Origin: a virus
Taxonomy: Duplodnaviria > Caudoviricetes
Length of the DNA stretch: 56,833 nt
Virus record (IMG/VR): IMGVR_UViG_3300009788_000018
Coordinates: 1 to 56,833 of that record
Strand: one strand, 5' to 3'
The translations under genes and the position numbers were made by a program. Under the pieces are notes generated by a model. It saw only the letters and a program-made list of their open reading frames with translations, had not been told where the DNA came from and searched no databases. Below, piece after piece: positions 9,447-18,663 of this stretch. The stretch's first letter is position 1; each line of letters starts with the position of its first letter.

Positions 9447-9698
9447 TTAAATCCTCCCACAAGCCATTAGACCTGCTGCAGCTTCATTATCTTTCTTAAC
9501 CTGTGCCTTTGTTTTTCCAAGTTTGTTCGTTGGTTCTACTTTAGGTACAGTTTTCTGGGGAGCGTGTGCATCGTGGTCGGCGTAAGTTTCAAAGGCGATT
9601 CCTGCTTCACGAATTCGAGCTGATATCGCTATGTAACTTCCACTGGCTTTAACATTAAGTCTTTTGGCTTTATTTTGCAATTCTTTATAGGACAGCAT
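9447..9698 (-). CDS. Small hypothetical protein (Rho-N/HeH-like start)
   Basis: LSYKELQNKAKRLNVKASG; SD AAGGAG. Confidence 0.5.
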   Translation of the reverse strand: MLSYKELQNKAKRLNVKASGSYIAISARIREAGIAFETYADHDAHAPQKTVPKVEPTNKLGKTKAQVKKDNEAAAGLMACGRI

Positions 9699-9769
9699 TT
9701 GTTTCTCCTTAGCAAAATGCTAGGAAGAATCGTTTCCAATTCTCCCTAGCGGGTATCTAACCTTTATCT

Positions 9770-10339
9770 TTACCTGTCAACATAGTAACCAACGATAGTA
9801 ACTTCGAAGGCTCCAACTTCGGTAATCAAATCTACTGCGATAGCTCCGTTGGTTCCAAGAATTACTGCATCATGGAAATCAATTGGAGCAGCAAATGCCG
9901 TTGTTACTTGTGCGTTAACAGCAACCGGACTGTATACAGTCTCGATCGTGTTCGCTGCAACAAACACATTAGCAGATTCGTCAGCTTTAGCAATTGCAGC
10001 AGCTGCATCACCAAAAGCTGTGTTGAGGTTTTTACCAACCAACGCAGTTCCGGCCCACGTTACCACAGCAGGTAGATGCACCTTGATCTGACAAGCGGTA
10101 TCGGTCCACAGATACGCTCTTGAGATAACAAGGTTTCTACTGTCTGAAGTATTGGCTACCAGAAGAGCAGTATCTCCGGCGTCGATGTCAGCGTTGACCG
10201 CTGTCCATGCATACGCATCGCCTAACAGGGATGCTTCAGCGATTGCAGATTGTACCACCGCTCGTGAAAGCACCTGACCGCGGGCATTGACGTTAGCCAA
10301 GTTCCCTTCACTACCTAATATTCTAACATCATCTGACAT
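9770..10339 (-). CDS. Putative virion structural protein
   Basis: Ala/Val-rich beta protein in the head operon; strong SD. Confidence 0.55.
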   Translation of the reverse strand: MSDDVRILGSEGNLANVNARGQVLSRAVVQSAIAEASLLGDAYAWTAVNADIDAGDTALLVANTSDSRNLVISRAYLWTDTACQIKVHLPAVVTWAGTALVGKNLNTAFGDAAAAIAKADESANVFVAANTIETVYSPVAVNAQVTTAFAAPIDFHDAVILGTNGAIAVDLITEVGAFEVTIVGYYVDR

Positions 10340-10377
10340 TTTAAATCTCCTTTATAATTCTAAACAGTTGGGAAAAC

Positions 10378-11208
10378 TTACAATCCCAAATCAAGGTTAA
10401 CAATACATGGTTCATCAGCGTCACCAACCCACATGACATCACCGTAACGATTTTCCAAAGTGACGCAAGGGCCACACGTGCCGTCTACTGCAGCAGTGGC
10501 TGGATGCGTTACTGGGAATCCAACTGAAACTGAATCGCCGGTATCTACAATTAGTGCAGCCGGACCTTTTGTCTGACTCCAATAATAATAAGATGCGGTA
10601 ATATCAATTAGCGGAACACCAATTGCATGAGCGGTTAGTCCTGCGGTTTTATCAACCACGATCGTATCCATGAAATTGGATTTGATAATTGAAATTTCTG
10701 AAGCTGCTGCAATCTCAGTGATGACCGCATCGTACAAAGTAACGAACGGTTCTGTAGCGTGAGAAGTATTCGTTTGAATACGATAACGCTGACCTATGCC
10801 AGCTCCTTTGCTACAGAGTAACCAACCTTCAGCCCATTCGTTTGCTACTGGTGCAGTTCCAGTTATCAAAACTGTTCCGCTTTCTACTCCTGCAAGTAAA
10901 CCGAAAGCAGTCTGTACTTCTTCAGTCCAGTCTGATGTGACGGCTTCTGCCTGTGCCATCTTTGCAATGCCAATACCTGCAGCACCAGCTTTGCAATAAT
11001 GAAATTCTGTACCGTCAACCATACGCAGTTTCGAGCCGATCAAAGCAAGTTGATCAATGCTTTCTTCATAAACGTTTGGTGCAGCATTCACAAACATACC
11101 ACCGGAAATAATGTTGCCATCTATGCCGTAATTAAACAGCCCGTGTACTAGCGTTGACAACGGAGTATTAACCGCTGTGCTTATGTCGCTTGGATTTGTC
11201 TTTGGCAT
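10378..11208 (-). CDS. Putative capsid decoration protein, paralog B
   Basis: EFHY..AGA and YYYW.QTKGPAA motifs; paralog of 11251-12096. Confidence 0.6.
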   Translation of the reverse strand: MPKTNPSDISTAVNTPLSTLVHGLFNYGIDGNIISGGMFVNAAPNVYEESIDQLALIGSKLRMVDGTEFHYCKAGAAGIGIAKMAQAEAVTSDWTEEVQTAFGLLAGVESGTVLITGTAPVANEWAEGWLLCSKGAGIGQRYRIQTNTSHATEPFVTLYDAVITEIAAASEISIIKSNFMDTIVVDKTAGLTAHAIGVPLIDITASYYYWSQTKGPAALIVDTGDSVSVGFPVTHPATAAVDGTCGPCVTLENRYGDVMWVGDADEPCIVNLDLGL

Positions 11209-11250
11209 AACTATTTTCCTTTCAATCTAAACAACGATTTTAGTTATACC

Positions 11251-12096
11251 TTAGTAACCAAGATCAAGGTTAATAAGACAAGTTTCATCGCCAGTTGCAA
11301 TTGACATAGCTTTACCGTAATGACCTTCAAGGGTAGTAGCAACACCAACTGTACCAGCAACACCATTTGTGCCAGGTGAACCAACAGGCTCACCAATTGT
11401 AATGGTATCACCACTATCAACCGTCATAGCAGCTGGACCTTTTGTCTGTGCCCAGAAGTAATACTCTGCAGTAACTGCGAGCAACGGAACACCTGCTGGC
11501 GGAGCGGTAAGTGTGGTTACCGGAGCAACGATCGTATTCCTGAACGGGCTCATAACTAAAGTAATCTCTGAAGCTGCAGCGATGGCTGTTTGAACTGAGA
11601 ATCCGCTTTTCAAAGCAATCTCAATGATGGTTGCATGTGATCCACTAGTCAGAATTGGGAAAGCCTGTCCCAGTCCTGCACCTTTGTTACAAACCATCCA
11701 TCCATCGGCGAATAAGTTTGCAGCTGGTGTAGCTCCGGTAGTGATGAGCACCGTACCAGAAGTATCTCCAGCAGACCATCCATACGCTGTTTGAACTTCA
11801 TCGATATAGTTAGAAACTTCAGCTGGTGACTGCGTCATCAAAGCTTTGCCAAGAGCAACCGCACCAGCACGGGAGTAATGAAATTCCCTACCGGATTCTT
11901 TCTCGACTAACTTTGAACCCAAAACACAATTCTGCGTTACGCTTTGAGCGTAGACACTTTGAAGCTCGGTCTGCCCGACTAACAGACCACCCTGTACGAT
12001 ATCATTATCGATACCATGTGCAAACGCTTGCTGGAGAAGTTTCCCTATTGGCGAAAACATATCTCCATCCATATTGGCTAAATCTCTTTTTGGCAT
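11251..12096 (-). CDS. Putative capsid decoration protein, paralog A
   Basis: EFHYSRAGA, YYFWAQTKGPAA; downstream of the major capsid gene. Confidence 0.6.
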   Translation of the reverse strand: MPKRDLANMDGDMFSPIGKLLQQAFAHGIDNDIVQGGLLVGQTELQSVYAQSVTQNCVLGSKLVEKESGREFHYSRAGAVALGKALMTQSPAEVSNYIDEVQTAYGWSAGDTSGTVLITTGATPAANLFADGWMVCNKGAGLGQAFPILTSGSHATIIEIALKSGFSVQTAIAAASEITLVMSPFRNTIVAPVTTLTAPPAGVPLLAVTAEYYFWAQTKGPAAMTVDSGDTITIGEPVGSPGTNGVAGTVGVATTLEGHYGKAMSIATGDETCLINLDLGY

Positions 12097-12124
12097 TTCA
12101 GTCTCCTTTGACTTTTACATTTTA

Positions 12125-12451
12125 TTAACTTTTTTTACTGCGTTTCTTTTTCTTTGAGAACTTCTTCTTAGAAGTTTTTTTCTTTTTGGACACCTTCTTC
12201 TTGGCGACCTTTTTATAAACCTTCTTTTTGGAAGTCTTCGTAACTGACTTTCCTATGACCTTGATGTCTACACCGAAGATCTTATCAAACTCGTCAGCAA
12301 CTTCTTTGCTGTCAGTTGTGATCGAACCATTCTTAGGAACCTCCCAAGTTTGTCCATCTACGTAGACTGACTTGGTGTTCATATAGTTCGTGATCTTATA
12401 TGACTGCTTAGAAACCTTCTTCTTTGCAGTTTTTTTCTTTTTCTTAGTCAT
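12125..12451 (-). CDS. Lys-rich (histone H1-like tails) basic protein
   Basis: KKKVSKK/KKTSKK repeats flank a small globular core. Confidence 0.65.
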   Translation of the reverse strand: MTKKKKKTAKKKVSKQSYKITNYMNTKSVYVDGQTWEVPKNGSITTDSKEVADEFDKIFGVDIKVIGKSVTKTSKKKVYKKVAKKKVSKKKKTSKKKFSKKKKRSKKS

Positions 12452-12492
12452 AAGACTACTCCTTTATTAGTTTGGGTTTTTAAAACTTACTG

Positions 12493-13599
12493 TTAATTGT
12501 TAGCAGAAATCATCGATCCCGCTGTGAGAAGCTTTCTAGCAAGTACACAGGCGTTAATGTTTTCGATAGCAACATCGGCTCTCATGCTATAGAACCAATA
12601 AGTAGCCTCATCGGCTGCCATCCTCTGAGACTCGATCTTGATATCGCGCTGCATACCAATGATCAAGTTATTGTTCGGAGTAAGCAGAACGTCTGTATAT
12701 GCTCCACCGCTGGAGGCTTCAGTTGCCTGAGCGCCGCCATCCATTGTAATAGGCATGTTAGGAGCCGATACGATTGGCACCATACCATACTGCATCATGT
12801 CGCCCTGTAACAAAGCAGCGTCACCCAGCTGAGTGTTGCGAGCACTAAGTGCTTCAACATAGTTCTGAGTAACATTGTCGTTGTTGTAGAAGCTTAGATT
12901 TTTCAGACCGACAGTTTTGTACTTCGAAGGTAACGTCTGAAGAATCTTGTTATACTTAAAGTCCCAGTTGTATGGAGCTGAGTTCGATACCATCGCGACT
13001 TTTCCGCCTTCAAGAGTGAAGGTATCATCATCTGTAGCGTCTAGCACAAATGATCCACCAGAAACATCGTTGAAGAATGCATCGCCATCAGTATCACCGT
13101 TAGCAATACGATAACGCCAGCCATCCCACAAGCTACGAATATCGGTATCACCATAAGCGTTACCTGAACCAGTATCACCTGTCCAATACGCAATATCCAG
13201 TTCATTAGCGATCTGTTTGGCAACCATCTGCATGATATGGTCAACAAATTGATCGCCTTCGATGTTATCTTCAAGGTCATCATCAAAGATTGCGACACAG
13301 CCTCGAACCTTTTTGCTAACCAGCTGGATATTGTTCTGAGACAAAGTCTTCAGATAATCAGCCTGGCTGAACGTGGCTCCCGGATGCAAGAATGCACCGG
13401 TACCCAAACCAAGGGCACGGATATTCTTGGTTTCTTTATTCATCTTGACAATCCGAGCTTTACCCTTCATGACAGACTCATCAACGATGTAGTCCAGAAA
13501 TCGATCAGCCTCTTCTGCTGCAAGGTCGATATTCGGAAGACTAATCATCTTCGTGATCTGCTCTTTCTTGCTTAACATTGTTCTATTCGATCTTCCCAT
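12493..13599 (-). CDS. Major capsid protein (HK97 fold, XkdG-like)
   Basis: DDLEDNIEG, LLT..NNLI.G..RDI.IE, R.D..IE; follows protease and scaffold. Confidence 0.9.
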   Translation of the reverse strand: MGRSNRTMLSKKEQITKMISLPNIDLAAEEADRFLDYIVDESVMKGKARIVKMNKETKNIRALGLGTGAFLHPGATFSQADYLKTLSQNNIQLVSKKVRGCVAIFDDDLEDNIEGDQFVDHIMQMVAKQIANELDIAYWTGDTGSGNAYGDTDIRSLWDGWRYRIANGDTDGDAFFNDVSGGSFVLDATDDDTFTLEGGKVAMVSNSAPYNWDFKYNKILQTLPSKYKTVGLKNLSFYNNDNVTQNYVEALSARNTQLGDAALLQGDMMQYGMVPIVSAPNMPITMDGGAQATEASSGGAYTDVLLTPNNNLIIGMQRDIKIESQRMAADEATYWFYSMRADVAIENINACVLARKLLTAGSMISANN

Positions 13600-13673
13600 T
13601 ATAAATCTCCTTTGTTATCTAAACTTAACTAGATTTTAACTTGTTAACTTGTTAATTTACTAACTAACTTATG

Positions 13674-14711
13674 TTAGACCTGGAAGGATGGCCACTTGGT
13701 ATCGCTCTTCTCGATTCCTTCTTCGTCGTCATCGTTATCATCCTGGTCAGTGATACTCTTCTTGACGCCAGTTTCCTTCTCGATAGTTGCCAGACGTTTA
13801 CCGATAGCTTTCAGGCTCTTAGCAAGATCGGTATCTTCACCTTCGCCTTCGCTCTTACCTTCAAGCTTAGCAAGCTGTTTAGTAATACCTTCGAGCGTCT
13901 TGGCAAGAGCATCATCACCAGTCGCTGCTTCGCCTTCTGCTCCCAGTCCTTCAAGCTGTTTGCTGATACCAGCAAGGGCTTTAGCCAAAGGATCATCTTC
14001 GGCATCATCAGCCTTTTCCTTCAAAGAAGGAACCAACGACTTGAGTGTGTTCAAAGCGTCAGTGATCTTTTTCATGGTGTCCTTTGAAAGCTTGGCACCA
14101 GCTTTTGCAACATGCTCGTTACCTTCTTCTGCAACTGTTCCAGGTACAAACTGGACAGCCTGCTTGGCAATAAGTCTGACAGCACCTCTCAAATCATCCG
14201 GAAAATCTCCGCGATATTCGTTGATAGTACCTAACGCCTTAGTGATCTCACCGACCTCTGCAACCTTTTCGAAGTCGATAGTAATATCTTCACCGAAATA
14301 GTCCTGTAATGCTTTTTCAATGTCCTTGTTTACCTTCATTTTTGAATCTCCTTTACTTAGATAGAAAGTTTCGGAACGGCTAAAGCCATCATCGCCTTCG
14401 ACAAATTTGGAATAAGAAATTGATACAGCTCTTGAATCGTCGCCATCTCCATAATAATACATGGAGAAATCTCGAAGATTTTTAAGCTCTTCCTTATTAA
14501 CCGATATCTTTGTTCCACCGATTGTTCCGTCCGTATCTATCACCATGTTAATTTTCTTTTTTAACTTCTTAGATTTACTTCCTGCAGGTTTATCTTCGCC
14601 AGCAGCTTTGAAGAATAAGAACTTCTTATTGTTCGCAGCTTTATCTACGAGAGAAACCTCTTGTATATCTAGGTCAGTTAATTCACGTGCTTTTTTAGTT
14701 ATCTCGGCCAT
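13674..14711 (-). CDS. Capsid scaffold with protease C-terminal motif; probable nested start at 14339
   Basis: N-terminal EVSLVDKAAN; acidic coiled-coil C-terminus ending KWPSF. Confidence 0.75.
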   Translation of the reverse strand: MAEITKKARELTDLDIQEVSLVDKAANNKKFLFFKAAGEDKPAGSKSKKLKKKINMVIDTDGTIGGTKISVNKEELKNLRDFSMYYYGDGDDSRAVSISYSKFVEGDDGFSRSETFYLSKGDSKMKVNKDIEKALQDYFGEDITIDFEKVAEVGEITKALGTINEYRGDFPDDLRGAVRLIAKQAVQFVPGTVAEEGNEHVAKAGAKLSKDTMKKITDALNTLKSLVPSLKEKADDAEDDPLAKALAGISKQLEGLGAEGEAATGDDALAKTLEGITKQLAKLEGKSEGEGEDTDLAKSLKAIGKRLATIEKETGVKKSITDQDDNDDDEEGIEKSDTKWPSFQV

Positions 14712-14720
14712 TATTATCTC

Positions 14721-15839
14721 CTATGACGTTTTAGCATAACCAGCCATTGAGAACCCAGTCAGATCTCCATCTTTTATGGCCTTCCAAATTTTCTTATCAA
14801 GAACTCTAACGGCCATTACCCATGAACCTTTCTTGATAGTCTGCGAAGCCATTTCAAAATCTGTGGGAGCTATATAGCTTTCCAATACTTTTACCTTGAC
14901 TTTCTTACCTTTGTGCATCACCTTGAACGACTGCACCTTTTCCATAAATCCGTATGCAGCCTTTCGAATCTCGACCTCATTGGCTATGTCACCTTGAGCG
15001 TCCTCCTCGTCTGGTTCATACACTACACCATAAACAACTTGTTCATCCTTATCTGCTTTATCAAAAAGATAAACAGACACGTCCTTCTCAAATACTAATT
15101 CGTTCTTAATATCCTCGATAAGCTTCTCGGCATTCTTCTGAACCTTTTTCTTTATGGTCTCAGATAGTTTGCTTTTACTTATCTCGGGTAAAATACTTTC
15201 CAGTCGATCTATATCTACAGCATTATCTTTATTCATATAAGGGAAATATCTTTTCATTCCAGACATCCCCCGTTTAGTAATATACAAGAAAGCTTCATCG
15301 GGCAATGCCTCGATATATTTCTTAGCCCACATCTTCTTACGTTTCTTAGGAGCCACCTTTTCAACTTCTACAATTGCCGTTTTAGTTTTAGCTTTTAATA
15401 CCAAATCGTACAAAGGAATGTAAGAAACTTCGCACTTTGAAACAACCACATCAGTTATTGTCTCAGGTGTAAATTCTTCAACCACCTGAATAGCTTTTTG
15501 CATAGTGGCTCCTTCTGCTGGTAGGGACATATAGTCTTTAATAACAACAATATCTTCCAGGTCTGTCACATCCAGCCCGAATGTTCTAGCTGTCATGACC
15601 TTTTTGAATACAGCCTTGTCAATCTTGCTCGTGCTTTTCGTAATATCTCTGGAGTTCATTTCAGTTAAGCAGAGACGGTAGTTCTTAAGAAAAGTACTTC
15701 GATCAAGACTACCAACAACTGCAACGTCATTGCCTTCGAAATTCTTATCCCACAGCTGAGTGAATCGAAGCTTGAGAATAAGTAACTCTTTATCTTTTGA
15801 CTTAGTCAATTTGATTTTGGTAACTTCTTCTATTCTCAT
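14721..15839 (-). CDS. XkdF-like prohead serine protease
   Basis: VYGVVYEP...D.QGD, MH, ESYIAP, KGSWV, IKDG.LTGFSM.G. Confidence 0.85.
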   Translation of the reverse strand: MRIEEVTKIKLTKSKDKELLILKLRFTQLWDKNFEGNDVAVVGSLDRSTFLKNYRLCLTEMNSRDITKSTSKIDKAVFKKVMTARTFGLDVTDLEDIVVIKDYMSLPAEGATMQKAIQVVEEFTPETITDVVVSKCEVSYIPLYDLVLKAKTKTAIVEVEKVAPKKRKKMWAKKYIEALPDEAFLYITKRGMSGMKRYFPYMNKDNAVDIDRLESILPEISKSKLSETIKKKVQKNAEKLIEDIKNELVFEKDVSVYLFDKADKDEQVVYGVVYEPDEEDAQGDIANEVEIRKAAYGFMEKVQSFKVMHKGKKVKVKVLESYIAPTDFEMASQTIKKGSWVMAVRVLDKKIWKAIKDGDLTGFSMAGYAKTS

Positions 15840-16108
15840 TTTTTCACGCTTTCCTTAATTTCCTTAATGTTATCGTCGATCGTACCTATCTTGGTATTAA
15901 TCGATTTTATATCACCTTGAATACTACTAACTTTTTGGTCAGTAGCTTTTTGATCAACCTTAACTTCATCAACCACTTCTTTATTTCGTTTCACATCACC
16001 AGACAGAGTAGCCCAAGCTATACCTACAGCAAAGATAATAACCACTAGCTCAATCAACAGTTTGAAACCAAATCCAATATTCTTTTGAATAGCTTGTGTA
16101 GGTGTCAT
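15836..16108 (-). CDS. Membrane protein (one TM helix plus coiled coil), holin-like candidate
   Basis: Hydrophobic LLIELVVIIFAVGIAWATL followed by heptads. Confidence 0.45.
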   Translation of the reverse strand: MTPTQAIQKNIGFGFKLLIELVVIIFAVGIAWATLSGDVKRNKEVVDEVKVDQKATDQKVSSIQGDIKSINTKIGTIDDNIKEIKESVKK

Positions 16109-16287
16109 ACTAATATCTCCTCTAGTGGTTTAAATAATAGTTTCTCTTCTCTGAAGGTTTTATTATGACTGATAACTCCATTCCATATCTCTTCAGGAAT
16201 ACCGTCCGGAAAAGCTTCACAGGTAGGTTTATTATAGTCACCATTAAAACGTTCGCACAGAACACATTGTACATTTCGTAGTTTCAT
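16105..16287 (-). CDS. Small Cys-rich protein coupled to MuF
   Basis: CxxC...CEAFPDGIP..I..G...H; start overlaps the MuF stop (TAATG). Confidence 0.7.
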   Translation of the reverse strand: MKLRNVQCVLCERFNGDYNKPTCEAFPDGIPEEIWNGVISHNKTFREEKLLFKPLEEILV

Positions 16288-17858
16288 TATTTGATCCCCG
16301 CTATTCTCATAACCTTGGCCGCTTCTTTTGAAAGTCTACCTGTGCGAAACTGAACAAAAGCCTCAGCGAATAACTCGTGGCTACTCTCTGCAGCATACTT
16401 TCCTATTTGTTTTTTGACAGCCGTCTTGTTCATCTTCAGCATCCAGTAATCAAACAGTTTTCTTTGAGTAGCTTTAGGTAAGGTCCTCTCTAATACATGA
16501 CCAAACTCATGAGTGGATAAGTCGACAGGTGTCTTTGAAGCCCACCATTTCTTTTTATGTAAGACCTTAGCAACATCTTCCATATCGAACTTAGCTTTTG
16601 ATCCGAACCACTTTGAACTAAAGGTTATTTGGGACTTTCCTTTGGGCAGGTCCGTAACTATACCCATCGAGTCTCCATCTCCACCATCAAGTTTGCGCAT
16701 AACCTTGTTATTACCCATACCAGCTCTGAACTTACCTTTGGTCTTTGGATATTGACTGGCCAAGAAGTTTAGCTCTTCTTCAACTTGATCTTTGAATACA
16801 GGGTCCATTCCCTTCAGATTAATATTCTTAGAGCTTAGCGGTTTAGCCGTCGAGGCAGGTTTGACAGTTGCTCTGGCAGGGGCAGTTCTCTGTGAACCTC
16901 CAACATGGCCAAGCTTCCTTAATGCCCTTCGTATTTTTCTCTTCTCTGCCGGATCTGTTTCCTTTCCTAACTTCTTTAACAGTCCTCCAACATGATCTGC
17001 TCTCACGGCCTTAGGTGGAGAACTAGCCTGTATTGCTTTATCGTTTATAACGGGTAGCATAACACATCGACAGTTAGGATGTACTGGTATAAGAGTGGCA
17101 GCTTCTTTTGGAGGATAAGCATTACCATCTAACTCTCGGCACTCAGAAGAAGTTTCAGCATCATCAAATATACTGAATTCTAATTCCTTTACTCCAAGAT
17201 CTTCCATCCCTTTGGAATAACCAATATTCTGAGCTCTAGCTGTTTCAGTTCGAGCAATAGACTGAGTTCTTTGGCGATGAGTCTTAGCTGCATATCGATC
17301 TGTCCTCTTGTCTATATCCTTTGCAGTAAGGTTAGGAAACTTCTCTTTATCACTAAGCCTTTCACGAAAGTTAATGACGGATTCGGTCTGTCTTCCAGTC
17401 AGTCCAACTATAGGTCGAAGCTCCCTGGAAATTTTATCCATCGATTTACCATCTTTAATACCCTGACTAATGTAAGTGCGAACACCTTTCTTAGTTTCAC
17501 CGTTTACCTCTCTAACCATCTCGGCCGTAAACTTGTTAGCAGCCTTTACTGACTCAGGATTAAGTATATCAAAACTACCCTGTACCTCGAACATTTTATA
17601 AGCTTCTTTACCACCAGAGTTCATGATCTGCAATGTCGTAGGTCTGACAATCTCTTCTCCACCATCTTGAAGGAACTCCCAGTCTATGACATTACCAGTA
17701 ACATCCTTCTGGAATTTATTACGAAGGGTAGTATTGATCTCCTTGATAGTAAACGCAAACCATCTCTGTATCGTTTCCGTATAGATAACCTGATTACGCT
17801 TAGATAATCTATACAACGTATTGTGCAGAGCATTAAATTTTCTTATACAGGTTTGCAT
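16287..17858 (-). CDS. MuF/SPP1 gp7 minor head protein with C-terminal zincin (HExxH) domain
   Basis: IARTETARA and P.HPNCRC MuF motifs; THEFGH...YA....ELFAEAF. Confidence 0.85.
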   Translation of the reverse strand: MQTCIRKFNALHNTLYRLSKRNQVIYTETIQRWFAFTIKEINTTLRNKFQKDVTGNVIDWEFLQDGGEEIVRPTTLQIMNSGGKEAYKMFEVQGSFDILNPESVKAANKFTAEMVREVNGETKKGVRTYISQGIKDGKSMDKISRELRPIVGLTGRQTESVINFRERLSDKEKFPNLTAKDIDKRTDRYAAKTHRQRTQSIARTETARAQNIGYSKGMEDLGVKELEFSIFDDAETSSECRELDGNAYPPKEAATLIPVHPNCRCVMLPVINDKAIQASSPPKAVRADHVGGLLKKLGKETDPAEKRKIRRALRKLGHVGGSQRTAPARATVKPASTAKPLSSKNINLKGMDPVFKDQVEEELNFLASQYPKTKGKFRAGMGNNKVMRKLDGGDGDSMGIVTDLPKGKSQITFSSKWFGSKAKFDMEDVAKVLHKKKWWASKTPVDLSTHEFGHVLERTLPKATQRKLFDYWMLKMNKTAVKKQIGKYAAESSHELFAEAFVQFRTGRLSKEAAKVMRIAGIK

Positions 17859-18289
17859 TATACTCTAATAACCTTTCCACGATGATCATTCCCAGGAAGC
17901 GAAGCTTTCTTACCAAATCTACGGATAAAGAAATACCAAAGTTTAGCTCTTAGTTTACTCATTCCATCTTCAAGACAAAGCTCGATAAGATATTTATCGG
18001 CCATAGCTCTAAACATACTTCGAGTTGAGTCAGTAAGAGGACTTTCCCTTAACACTTGATAAAGAACATCATGTACTAATGAACCACGATAATTTGTTTT
18101 ATCATCCCAAGTTGGACCGCTTGCGCCATCCCAAGCATAACCTTTCTTAATAGCTAACTTGCTCTTACGTAAAAAGAAATACTCATGTTGATATTCCAGG
18201 CCCAAGTCAAATCCTGGAAGTGTATGATCTTGAACCTCTTTGACCCTATACTTATAACCTTCAAGTTTTTCAAAAGTTAATTTGCTCAT
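17858..18289 (-). CDS. DUF1353-like protein
   Basis: GYAWDGASGP, SLVHDVLYQ, AD motifs. Confidence 0.75.
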   Translation of the reverse strand: MSKLTFEKLEGYKYRVKEVQDHTLPGFDLGLEYQHEYFFLRKSKLAIKKGYAWDGASGPTWDDKTNYRGSLVHDVLYQVLRESPLTDSTRSMFRAMADKYLIELCLEDGMSKLRAKLWYFFIRRFGKKASLPGNDHRGKVIRV

Positions 18290-18291
18290 CT

Positions 18292-18663
18292 TTAGTTACC
18301 TTTCTTAGAAGCACGACCACCCATAATAGCATTACCGAGAATGGAACCAAGAGCTATCCAAGTCACAGGATCTTTTTCACGGCCCTTTAGTTCTTCGATC
18401 TTTTCAACCACTTTAGGTTTGACTGTTATAACACCATCAATATTAGCCACACCTTCCTTTAGCCTGGCGGTCTCAACGTTAAGTTCATTTACTGCTTCGA
18501 TAAATTCTCCTTGTGCATTATCAGACATTTCCTTCATAGCAGCTACGCCAGTTCCGAATCCTACAACAAAAGACTCTTCGACACATCCTACCAGGAGCAA
18601 ACCCAAAACAAGCACTACTAAATAAACTACTAGTTCTTTTGCAACAATACCTTTTCTATTCAT
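18292..18663 (-). CDS. Lipoprotein/membrane protein (lysis-accessory candidate)
   Basis: Start ATG 18663 overlaps the portal end; LLVGC lipobox; hydrophobic C-terminus. Confidence 0.5.
   Translation of the reverse strand: MNRKGIVAKELVVYLVVLVLGLLLVGCVEESFVVGFGTGVAAMKEMSDNAQGEFIEAVNELNVETARLKEGVANIDGVITVKPKVVEKIEELKGREKDPVTWIALGSILGNAIMGGRASKKGN

Noticed and set aside
14721-14723. Genome-wide TAG recoding
   Set aside because: The standard code gives full-length genes throughout, TAG ends terL and the SNF2 helicase normally, and no suppressor tRNA was seen.
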